DNA of 64,000 nt from Phoronis australis. Its lineage: Eukaryota; Animalia; Phoronida. The stretch is from NCBI GenBank assembly GCA_002633005.1, contig NMRA01000537.1:1-64000 (forward strand), read 5' to 3'. The notes under the pieces were generated by a model. That model was not told the origin of the DNA. It searched no databases and saw nothing but the letters and a program-made list of their open reading frames with translations. This document shows, piece after piece, positions 54,180-64,000 of this stretch. Within the stretch, counting starts at the first letter, position 1, and every line of letters begins with the position of its first letter. Position numbers and translations under genes: made by a program.

Positions 54180-57110
54180 GACCTCGAAATTGCACACAGC
54201 CAGGGTAGTTCTGCTCGTCAACTCGTCGTGAAACCTGTATCAACATGGAGAGCTAAAGACCGGGCGGGTTCCATGCAAAATGAAGAAAAGTTATGTCGTC
54301 ATATTGAAAACAGTAGGCCCTACACTCGTGACACGCGCACCCGCCGTTTCCTAATTTTTGCGACATCTCTCTGGAGATGATTATAGCTTGGCAGAAGCAA
54401 ATTTTCTTCTGAAATTCAGTTTTTCGGTATCAAAATTATAAAAATTATGATGAAGTGAAACCAGTTCCGATAATTTGTTGTGACGCGTACGCAACTTCGT
54501 GAAAGAACAACAGTTGATTGAAGAATCGGCGAAAAAAGAAACTGGTCAATAGGTGACGCAATATTTCATGGCGCCAAAAGCCGTAGCTAAAGATGGCTCC
54601 ACAACTTTAGCAGCAGAATAACAGTAGAACACCATTATTCCCAACACCGTTAAATAGTTTAGTTTACTCAAGTGTCTGATTTTATCTTACCACTTTTTTA
54701 CCCACATCGGCGCAAAGCTGTATATTTAGTATACATACAAAACGTACCTCAAGTGGCGTACATGAAATAATATCCCACGAGACATTATTCCGTGGCTAAT
54801 CACAACCTGCTGTGTATGTACGTGCGCGTTATGTTGCTAACTTACTATAGTAAAAGAAAACAGTTTTAAATGTAACGGTTTATTACTTGAAATTGATGAA
54901 AAGTGTGAAAACGACAGTTATCGTGCATTGAACTAGTATCATATTTCGAAAATAAATAAATGACAAGAATATTTATAACATTGTAAAATCCTCATCGGGT
55001 AGCTGCACTCAGTCATGAAACTAGGTCATTAACCGGAGCGTGTAGCCTACGCGTCGTCTGCTTTCACGAAAATGTTATAAGTGCCACCGTTGATGACATC
55101 TCCAGCGAATATGTCAATTGTACCGTTGTTGCAGGTACGTTGTCGCATTTCTACGGATTCTGTAGCCTTGGTACCGGCAAAGCTGTATACTAAATACAGT
55201 CTGTTGATACAGCTAGCTGGCTGGCTAAGGATTCTGTTGCATGGATAAGTTCATGTGTTGTTGGGACGGTCGTCGTTGCTGCTCGTGTAATACTGTCGCC
55301 GATAGTATCGTGTGCTGCCATGGCAAGTGACAACAATTATGTTTGACATTGGCGAGGAATCGGTGCCTGAGTTCGCAAGCGATATATCTTAGTAATTGAA
55401 AACAGAGACAGTACTGTCGTACAATTAACAGTCCTGTTCCAGATGTTACGATTGAGACCTGGTTGCATGATGAGTGGTACTACACTGATACAATTCTATT
55501 ACTTTAAAAGGGGACTGTAGTCAAAATAATGTTGCAGTTAATCGGTTCTAACATACAAATAAAACTCACATTTGCCTGACTTGCGTGCCAAACTAAAGCC
55601 AATTCGAATTCATGGTCAAAACACTGAATTCTGAAAGCGATCGCTGATTGGCTGATGCGTCAGTGACGTGAACGGCGGGGTATCGGCTGCTTTACACATT
55701 CATTGCTTATGTCATATTTGAAGAGTTTACATCGTAATTTATCATTGTATCAATCGTCCTTATTTTTTATTGTTTACCACAGTGCTGTAAAAGGTTCGCT
55801 ATGCCTTTTTGTATGGCACCTGGTTGCTCAAACTCTTCGAAAAAGGCGTCTTCTAAAGGGATGGTCATCGCATACCATCGCCGGGTTACCCAAGCCTTGG
55901 CCCAAAGCTCAATGTAGATATGGGCCTACAGGTTTTAGCCGATATGGGTAAAAATGTACAAATAAAATCTGACTCAATAAATGTCATTAAAACTAAGTCA
56001 TCCTTGAGTGAACCTAGGAACCAGGTTCCTAGAGTAAACTAACTTCTGTATTTACCGGTGTTGGAAATGTTAGCGATCGTTCATCGGCTGCNCGTCTGAC
56101 GATGACGATGACTGGGTATCACTTTGTGTTGCCTCGGCTCAAACAGGTATCCCTGGTGACCCGACATTTCACACTAAAATTTCTTATTCCGACAATATGA
56201 AAAACGCTACTTGATTGCACGCTAACACAGGACAGTGACTTTGTCCCCGCCAAATACATCACGAGACTAAGCAGCGCTCCAAGCCGGTAATTTTTTTAGC
56301 TTCGTTAGAGAATATAAGTTTAATTTTTGGTGTTGAATTATTTGTGAAATTAATCAACAATTCATAGAAAACTATCCAGAATTTATTCAGAATAAATTAC
56401 AGTTCCCTTTTAAGATATTTTACAAAAGTTTGATGATCTAACCGGCTAACGACGTCGAGTCGACATTGACCTACCTTTTGAACCTTCAATGTCAGAGGTC
56501 ACTGATGAAGTAGTGCGGGAGCTGAATACGGAAAACATTATTACATGGCCGTATTTCCCTCGACAGATTCAACGCGTAAGGGATAAAGTTTTGTACCAAG
56601 GCTAGGTACTACTGTGTGTTCAGCGCCGACAGACCTCGAAATTGCACAAAACCGGGGTAGTTCTGCTTGACACCTTGCCGTGAAACTTGTATCAACATGT
56701 AGAGCTAAAGACTATGGGAGTCAAACGACACTCACCTTGCCCGTTACAGTTGTTTAAGTGAAAAACAATCTAATAAACGTCATTTTTTGCGTAATTCTCC
56801 GCCTTTTGTAACAAAGAAGTTTGTCCTCGTTTTGAAAACAGTACGCTCGTGACACGCGCACGCACCATTTCCAACAAATTTGGCGACATCGCTCGGCTTC
56901 GCAGCGGAAATTTTTGTTCTGAACTTCGGTTTACTGGTATTAAAATACTGAAAACTTATAGCGAAATGAAACCAGTTACGATAACTTGTTGTGACATGTA
57001 CGTAACCTCGTGGAAGATGAACAGTTGAATGAAGAATCGGCGAAACAAAAAAGTGGCCATGTATGCAGGTGACGCAATATTTCATGGCACCGAAAGCCGA
57101 GGCAAAAGAT
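54180..57110 (+). repeat. Diverged direct repeat pair (54180-54595 and 56632-57110) among nested Academ-like ends
   Basis: acctcgaaattgcaca...gtgaaac.tgtatcaacatg.agagctaaagac...aggtgacgcaatatttcatggc occurs at both sites. Confidence 0.75.
55508..56409. mobile_element. Non-autonomous Kolobok-like element
   Basis: TTAA|AAGGGGACTGTAG ... TTACAGTTCCCTT|TTAA. Confidence 0.6.
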
Positions 57111-58196
57111 TTCTTGTTTGCTAATGGCTTAAATACCTCGTGCTGGTTACCATTGTTAAGACGAAGTGTTGCGCTGGATTTGGTGTCGCAACAGGGTGAT
57201 TTTCCCGAAACAGGATCCAAACTTTGCTAATGTTTTTTACTTGAGTGAGGGTCCCAAAACTGCATAAAATTCAAAAATTTATCACGAACAAATGCTCTAG
57301 CGCGTGGTGCAAGACGCTTGTTAATCGCTGGTTATCAATTTTTTCAGCAGTAAGTCGATTTTGCACTCGACTTTCCATAGATTTTTTTTATTTTGGAAAG
57401 GCGCATCAAGTCGTACTAAGATGCTGATGGGGGATATTTCCAGCACCTACTGTAAATGTATTTTACATTGTAGGCATTGCCTACATGTATATAAAGAGTT
57501 AGGATTTTCATCAATTATTGCCTCTTAATCGGACTGGCTACTACTTGAAGTAGCCATTGTTTTGTTTGCATCACAGGTTAAAGGTCACACGTTCCATATC
57601 AGGAAATTTTGCAATGCATATGTCTTGCCATACCAAACAATGAGACGTGTTTTGCCTTGTGATAGAAAAATCGGCGAAATAGTGATGAGTTGGCAGATCG
57701 CTTTTCTGAAATTTGGGACTGAAATAAAAATGCTTTGACATCAACCGAAATTCAAATGTTTACGAACAAACTGTAAAAATACCCGATCAACAGGATGACA
57801 TCTGTTTCAGTGGCAGAGAAAAACTGAATAATGCGTTCCATGCCTTGTAAAGTGTGTACATATGTACATAGATATTATCGGGCATAATTGATAACTTGCT
57901 CCGTCGATGTATCTGAAGAAACCGAACTTATATTAATAACCATAGGTACTAAGGTAATATGCAACGTTTAGTTAATTTAATACCGTACTTGACGGAAATA
58001 ATGTAAAGCCCATTTTTCATTTACAAACAAGAAATAAATTCTCTATTTTCCTTTGCTTTGAAGACTGTTAATTAAAGCTTGGTAGATTTTTTGTTGTAAA
58101 GTTTTGAAACAAGGAAAGTGAACCTCGAAGTGTTGCTGGAGATTAGTAATTGCTTTACGAAAGTCGGAGATAAATGTTTATTGTTTTCATTTGCAG

Positions 58197-60107
58197 TTGT
58201 TCGTGAAAAGATTGTTTCGGAGGAAGAAAAGTTACCGAATGTTGCTTAAATGTGCAGCCCTTGGTGTTTTGGTAATCATAATCAAATTACATTGGCAGAA
58301 CGTTCACCGTCAGGTTCCCCTGGAGAGCTTTCCACCCGTTCCTGTTGGAATGCAAGGCTGTCACTACCCAGACATGGAGCCTTGGACACCAATTATCAAG
58401 CCGTTTGTGAAGCAACTTCCACCACTCGTTTGTAGTAACATGAATAACTGGATCGATATTATTAATGGGAAATTCGTCATTTCGCCAGATGCTGCTAAAC
58501 AATTTGGTCAGATTTCCTGCCAGTATAAAGTTTTTGAAAGACACAATGACTTGACCACGACCGAGGGACTGCCGCAAACCATAAAAAATAATACTCATAT
58601 TCCATCAGACTTCTTCCGCGTAAATTGTCAGAGCACTTCGGGTCAGACGTATAGCAATGGGCACGCTGGAATTCACCCAATACCGGAACTTGTCGAAAAG
58701 ATCAAACCGGCCACGGCCATTGGGTTAGGGTTGAATGTCCTGATCATCGGTTTCGACTCCGTGTCCCGGATGTCGATGATGAGGAAGATGCCCAAAACTT
58801 ACAACTATCTTATCAACCACTTGCAAGCTGTTGTCCTTAAAGGGTATAATATTGTGGGCGATGGAACTCCCAAGGCACTGATCCCCATACTCACGGGGAA
58901 AACTGAGCTGGAACTTCCGCGAATCTTAAAGAGACTCAACAGCAAATTGCACGCAGACGTTTTTCCGTTCGCATGGAATAATTTCTCGAATCACGGGTAC
59001 GCTACAGCGTGGTCGGAAGACAAACCGGATATTGGTACATTCACTTTTCGCATGACGGGATTCAAGCAACAACCAACACATCATTATATGAGAATATTTC
59101 ACAACATCATGAGCACATCTTCACTGTGTATCGGCGATCGCTCGCGGCTACGTGTCGTGCTTGACTGGATCAAGGACTTTATGAACGCGTATCCAAATCG
59201 ACCGAAATTTGGTTTTGTCTTCCATAACGAGCTGAGTCACGATGACAACAATCCTCTACAATACGGAGACGATTACCTACAACAGAATCTACAGTTCTAT
59301 AAAGTCTCGGGTCTACTTAATAAGACTATGTTAATAGTAATGTCTGATCACGGATTGAGATATAGTGGATTCCGATCAACGGTTCGTGGCAAGCAAGAGG
59401 AGAGGAACCCTTTCTTTTCATTTGTTCTTCCTGACTGGTTCAAAATCAAGCATGCAAAAGCGTACAACAATTTGGTAATGAACTCCGAGCGCCTGACGAC
59501 GCCTTTTGACATACATCCAACTTTATTGGATATCCTAAACTTCGGCGAACCCACGGTTGGTAATTTGTCAGATAGGAGTATCAGCCTGTTCCGAAAAATT
59601 CCGGTGGAGAGAACTTGCCCGGATGCTGGCATTGAAGCTCATTGGTGCAACTGTTTGCAGTTTTCATTGATAGCAGTAAACGACTCCGACGTTTTAAAAG
59701 CTGCGAAGGCTGTGGTTGATCAAATTAATAAAGTGACAGACTATAAGCGAAACATCTGCTCAAAATTGGATCTGCGCGAAATTCGCGCGGCTGTTGTTTT
59801 CAAGCACACAAAACACATGTTGGCATTTAAAAAAACTTACGATGCAGACGGCTTTGCTCCCGAACTGAGTGACACCACCCGCGCCACATTTCGGCTGTTG
59901 CAAGTAACTATTTTAACCAGTCCCAATGACGGTCTTTACGAGGCAACAGTAAAACAAAACCTGGGCAATAACATTTTTTACGTGGACAGAGCCGACATTA
60001 GCCGTCTTAATAAATACGGAAACACTGCACACTGCGTCATGGAGGATGCTCCCGACGATAGAAAGTTTTGTTTTTGCAAGGACGAAATGCCAAATAGTCA
60101 ACAGTGA
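58197..60107 (+). CDS. DUF229-like type II membrane protein (paralog 3), main coding exon
   Basis: Open frame 58191-60107 with the same motifs (here ELSHDD, GTPKAL). Acceptor ttttcatttgcag ends at 58196 (phase 0); internal ATG at 58239. Confidence 0.9.
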   Translation: MFVKRLFRRKKSYRMLLKCAALGVLVIIIKLHWQNVHRQVPLESFPPVPVGMQGCHYPDMEPWTPIIKPFVKQLPPLVCSNMNNWIDIINGKFVISPDAAKQFGQISCQYKVFERHNDLTTTEGLPQTIKNNTHIPSDFFRVNCQSTSGQTYSNGHAGIHPIPELVEKIKPATAIGLGLNVLIIGFDSVSRMSMMRKMPKTYNYLINHLQAVVLKGYNIVGDGTPKALIPILTGKTELELPRILKRLNSKLHADVFPFAWNNFSNHGYATAWSEDKPDIGTFTFRMTGFKQQPTHHYMRIFHNIMSTSSLCIGDRSRLRVVLDWIKDFMNAYPNRPKFGFVFHNELSHDDNNPLQYGDDYLQQNLQFYKVSGLLNKTMLIVMSDHGLRYSGFRSTVRGKQEERNPFFSFVLPDWFKIKHAKAYNNLVMNSERLTTPFDIHPTLLDILNFGEPTVGNLSDRSISLFRKIPVERTCPDAGIEAHWCNCLQFSLIAVNDSDVLKAAKAVVDQINKVTDYKRNICSKLDLREIRAAVVFKHTKHMLAFKKTYDADGFAPELSDTTRATFRLLQVTILTSPNDGLYEATVKQNLGNNIFYVDRADISRLNKYGNTAHCVMEDAPDDRKFCFCKDEMPNSQQ

Positions 60108-61739
60108 CAAGTTCCTCCTGTCATTTTGCAAAAGTAGAACGCTCTAAAGGCATGAAATTTTGTTGCTTTTTTGTGAAATTTTCAAGCCTTGAATAGTATT
60201 TAGAAAGTCAGCATTCTGTGAACATATCCTGTAACGAGACAAGGAAAGATTTGGAGAAATCTTTTGAATTTCTCCAAGGTCACTTTTGGTCAATCCAACT
60301 GGTTTTGTCCACTTTCCATTTTCACTAAGGGGCTAGTCATCAATAGAATAACTCTATTCATTAAGTCACATAGTCAGGGTGATTATTGTATCCTACCAGA
60401 TCATATCTAAATGGAAAGCTTGAAAACACCCAGGCTCTGTTAGCCCGTTTTCTTTTTAGAAAAATAAAATCTGAATAAAAATTAGACTATATGATAACTT
60501 GAAATTTGATAAAGTAATAGAGATTTTGTCAACAAAAGCCCAAGCTTTGAATTAATCATTGAAAATTAGTTTCCAGCATGGCTTATCAGATAATTATACC
60601 TAAAACTGACTCACAGTAGGAGCTGTGGCTGAAAGAATGTAGATTAAATTAGTTGTGTTGACGAAATCTTGTTTAAAGGACATGTTCATGGCGTGGGGAA
60701 GTCTGTGCAATTATGTGAACAGGGTTTTAATTAGATAGAAAAAATAGAACACTATGATTTTCGAAAGTTTTTTGTAAAGTAGTAAACTTATTGGGTGTTT
60801 TCCAGTTTTGTAACATCTCTAGTCCCTCAGCGATTTGAGTTGTGGATCGTTGAGTAGCGACGCCTTGTGATAAAACTTGTGGGTAAAAACGGGGAACTGT
60901 GGGTAATGACCAAACGTTGTTATGTCAAGTTCGTTTAATTAATCTGTTAAGCGTGTTTCTTTGTCATTTTGTGAATTGTGTACGAAATGTTTGCTTCCTG
61001 TAAGGATGTCTTATACTGCTTGCTAATAGTGAAAGTTCTCACATCGGTAGCTGCATTCCGCCCTGTTCAGCAGTCAAGGTTGAATACTTAAAAATAATAA
61101 TCAATGAAAGCCCTTTGGGATTTAAACACATGACCACGTACATTGGCTCTTGATTTGTTGACGAATGAAACAGTCGCTCAAGTCACAGACAATGAATTTT
61201 CGAATTCAAATTTTTAAGGTTGGCCACTAAAGCATTTTGGGTCACTGACTGATTTCGATGCCCTTGCTGCTAAAGGAATTAAATTCCTATCACGGTATCG
61301 AATAATGTATTAATAGTCCCGGTGTTTAATTCTTTGTAAAATACGTTTAATTTACGCTTTTAAGTAAACTTGCATTGTGTCTTATTTCATTGTAGATGTA
61401 CTGATTTCTGTTGTTATTTGTGTTATTCTTCTTAATTGTTAATATCTATATAATTTATTGTTACTCGGTGGACTTGGCTAGCCACCCAGTCATATAACAA
61501 CGTAGGATTTTATATGATTTGAAAAAATAAAAGTTTAGCTCTCTACGGGACTAAGAGGTCTGATACTCAGGGCTTGGAATTTTCTTTTTAAGAGAATTTC
61601 CTCTTGGTTTCTATTTCCATTTATTTGATTTTCTGTTTTCTTCAGTTTTATCATTATTTTGACTTTGTGAAAAAAAACGTTTCTTTCAGTTAGAAATATT
61701 TTTGTGTTGTAAATTTTAATTGCAAGAAACGTTCACATA

Positions 61740-62634
61740 CTGTAACTCTATTTATTTGTCGAAAGATACATGACCTGGAAATACAGGGGTGGACGCCAAA
61801 AACAAGATTTGAAAACAGCAAAAATGACCACTAGATGGTGCAAAATACTTCGACTCCATCCGAAAACAGGAAGATAGCGTCATCACACCAATAGATGCCT
61901 ATATTTAAAATTTTCTGAAAATTTGTTGAGGTCATTTGAGGATATAGAGTTAAACGTAAAAAAGTAAAATTGCCACTAGGGGGCACAGCAGTAGTCCGAT
62001 CTGTCCGAAAGTCGTCGTCATCCGTAGTCAACATCATATAAATACACTTGTTAAATTAAGTAAAGATCCTGCGAACGGTTTAGGAGATACAGCCATAGGC
62101 GCAAAAAACAAAACAGCCACTAGAAGGAGCCACAGTAGTCGAAATCATCGGAAAATCATCATCAACCGTCCTTTTTATAGTAAGCACAAACATGCCACTT
62201 TCACAATCATCCGTTGAGCGGTTTGGTTGATAGAGGGGTGGACGCAAAAAACAGACTCGAAAACAGTAAAAATGGCCACTAAGTGGCACAAACTACGTCG
62301 AATCCATTCGAAAACGGGAGGATAGCGTTATCTCACTAATAGTTGCCTACATACCAAATTTCATGAAAATCCGTTAAGGACTTTTGAAGATAGAGAGATA
62401 AACCTAAAAAATTAAAATTGCCACCAGGGAGCACACCGGTAGTTGGATCCGTTCGAAAGTTCGCTCACGCCGTCCCATCTACATGTAGGAAAGGAACACA
62501 TGTGCAAAATTTCATGAACATACCTCAATCGGTTTTGGTGATCGAGCAGCGGACGCCGGACGGACGCCGCCCGGACGGACGGACGGAGATGACGGCATAA
62601 TGCGTCCACAAATAAATATGTGGGCGCATAAAAA
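61740..62634 (-). mobile_element. Helentron-associated (HINE/DINE-like) element with internal ~150-bp tandem repeats
   Basis: Minus strand starts TTTTTATGCGCCCACA...TGTGGACGCAT (hairpin), then (TCCG)n, then five or more diverged monomers; inserted into the unit 3 3' flank. Confidence 0.7.
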
Positions 62635-64000
62635 CGAAATGATAACTTAGAAAACTAACAGAAGTTTAGAGATTTCAACCTGTACGTTTATGTCAAACAC
62701 AATTTGGTCATGATACAGTTGTTTTACTATGCGTGTATTTCTTTTTCGCTGAATTTTACCAAAACGTGACCCGGTTCAAGGAAGTTTGACATGAATTCAG
62801 AAATTATTTTCTGTCGGTTTTGTACTTTCTGAAAGTAAATAATTTCCCTGTGTTGAGAGACGGAGCATCGAACGCCATAGGATTCTAAAATCGTCGATTT
62901 TCATTCTCAGTGATGCCATTTGTTCTTTGTGCTTTTGATCCTCAACTGTTTGCGCTTCAAGTCCTGCATTTTATAAACTTAGTGAAAACCGATGATAGAG
63001 AACATTAACGAGTCAGTATTCGGGTCGTACTTTGCACTGAAAACGCATCGTTTTCCAACATTTCATGCAGAGTAGGGCCTGAGAATAACTTACAGTTTCA
63101 GGTGAAACAGCCTTCTCCATCAGAGGCATAATTTGCGAGAGCCAGGATAAGAAATAGGTACATCGTTGTCGGGGAAGTGTTGATAGACATTGGTACCATT
63201 GGTCTTGACGCATTCTTCATAGTTCTCTGTGGCTGCAATTTATGAGAAATATTTAAATTGCCGATTAAAATAATGAGTCACAGGAGTTCAATCCCACATT
63301 TAGTCGTATGCTTGATTCCTCTAAGTGTGTACATAGATTCATCAAGGTCCCGGCCGTCGCGAAGGTGGGTAACGATTTCTTAGGGACAAATAAACGTTCA
63401 CGGCAGCAATAGAAACGAACCGATATACCTGGTCCTTTTTGGTCGTGTGTATTGACGGGGGCGGATACCTGGTCCACCAAAATCCCCCAATGAATAAAAA
63501 TGTTGGCGAACAATGTCATTCTCCAATGTATATGCAGCATGCGAAGTTGGATTTATCTATAAAATGTATTAGGCCAATATCTAGTGTCTAATTAATGTGG
63601 CCGAGTGCCCGGCATAGCTGTAAGCCACCTGTTTGAATGAACTCATGCAAACTGTATCATGCCAACAATTGTTTCCGATCAGATCACCTGTAATAAACAA
63701 AATGATTAAAAAACTATTCTTAGTTTTTCGTCTTCCGATGACTTTTTAGTTGTGACAATGCACGTGCACTCCGGAAGTACAGTCAAGGCGGTGCATTTAG
63801 AACATAGACGACAACAAAATGCAATCCTGGCCTTATGTACCAGCCACGCGACTAAAACCATTGGTTCGGGTGAAACTTTTCGTCTGAAAAAAATGCAACC
63901 TTGATAAAATATAGGCGTGTCTGGCGAGGGTAAATCATCACTGAATTTGTCTGGCAGTGTTTATTCATGATACATTCTTTTTTCTATGTTGAATAAATCA

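Larger units (their letters stand above)
57120..62830 (+). repeat. Segmental duplication unit 3 (5'-truncated)
   Basis: Clear similarity starts at taaatacctcgtgctggttaccattgttaa (~57130, matching 19133 and 39369); 62635-62830 matches 24350-24550. Confidence 0.8.

Overview
Repeat-rich, AT-rich eukaryotic DNA, most likely from an invertebrate animal (spliceosomal introns, LINE relics, THAP-bearing DNA transposons, MITEs). The only clearly intact genes are three tandem, co-oriented paralogs of a DUF229-like type II membrane protein of the alkaline phosphatase/sulfatase superfamily (20.9-22.8, 41.8-43.7 and 58.2-60.1 kb). Each has one large coding exon preceded by a conserved phase-0 splice acceptor, and each sits in a segmentally duplicated unit. 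The rest is decayed mobile DNA: a Kolobok-type element with ~310-bp TIRs, an ISL2EU-type element (THAP-DDE transposase plus YqaJ nuclease) that appears internally inverted, a Harbinger Myb/SANT gene relic, LINE fragments, Academ-like, Harbinger-like and Kolobok-like MITEs, and a Helentron-type element with a tandem array of CTCF-like motifs. The most interesting leads are possible non-homologous first exons/promoters for the DUF229 paralogs, active-site substitutions and mosaic similarity among them, the inverted ISL2EU, the CTCF-like array, and a possible decayed USP plus zinc-finger gene antisense in the intron. All family calls come from recognising motifs by eye; no searches were run.
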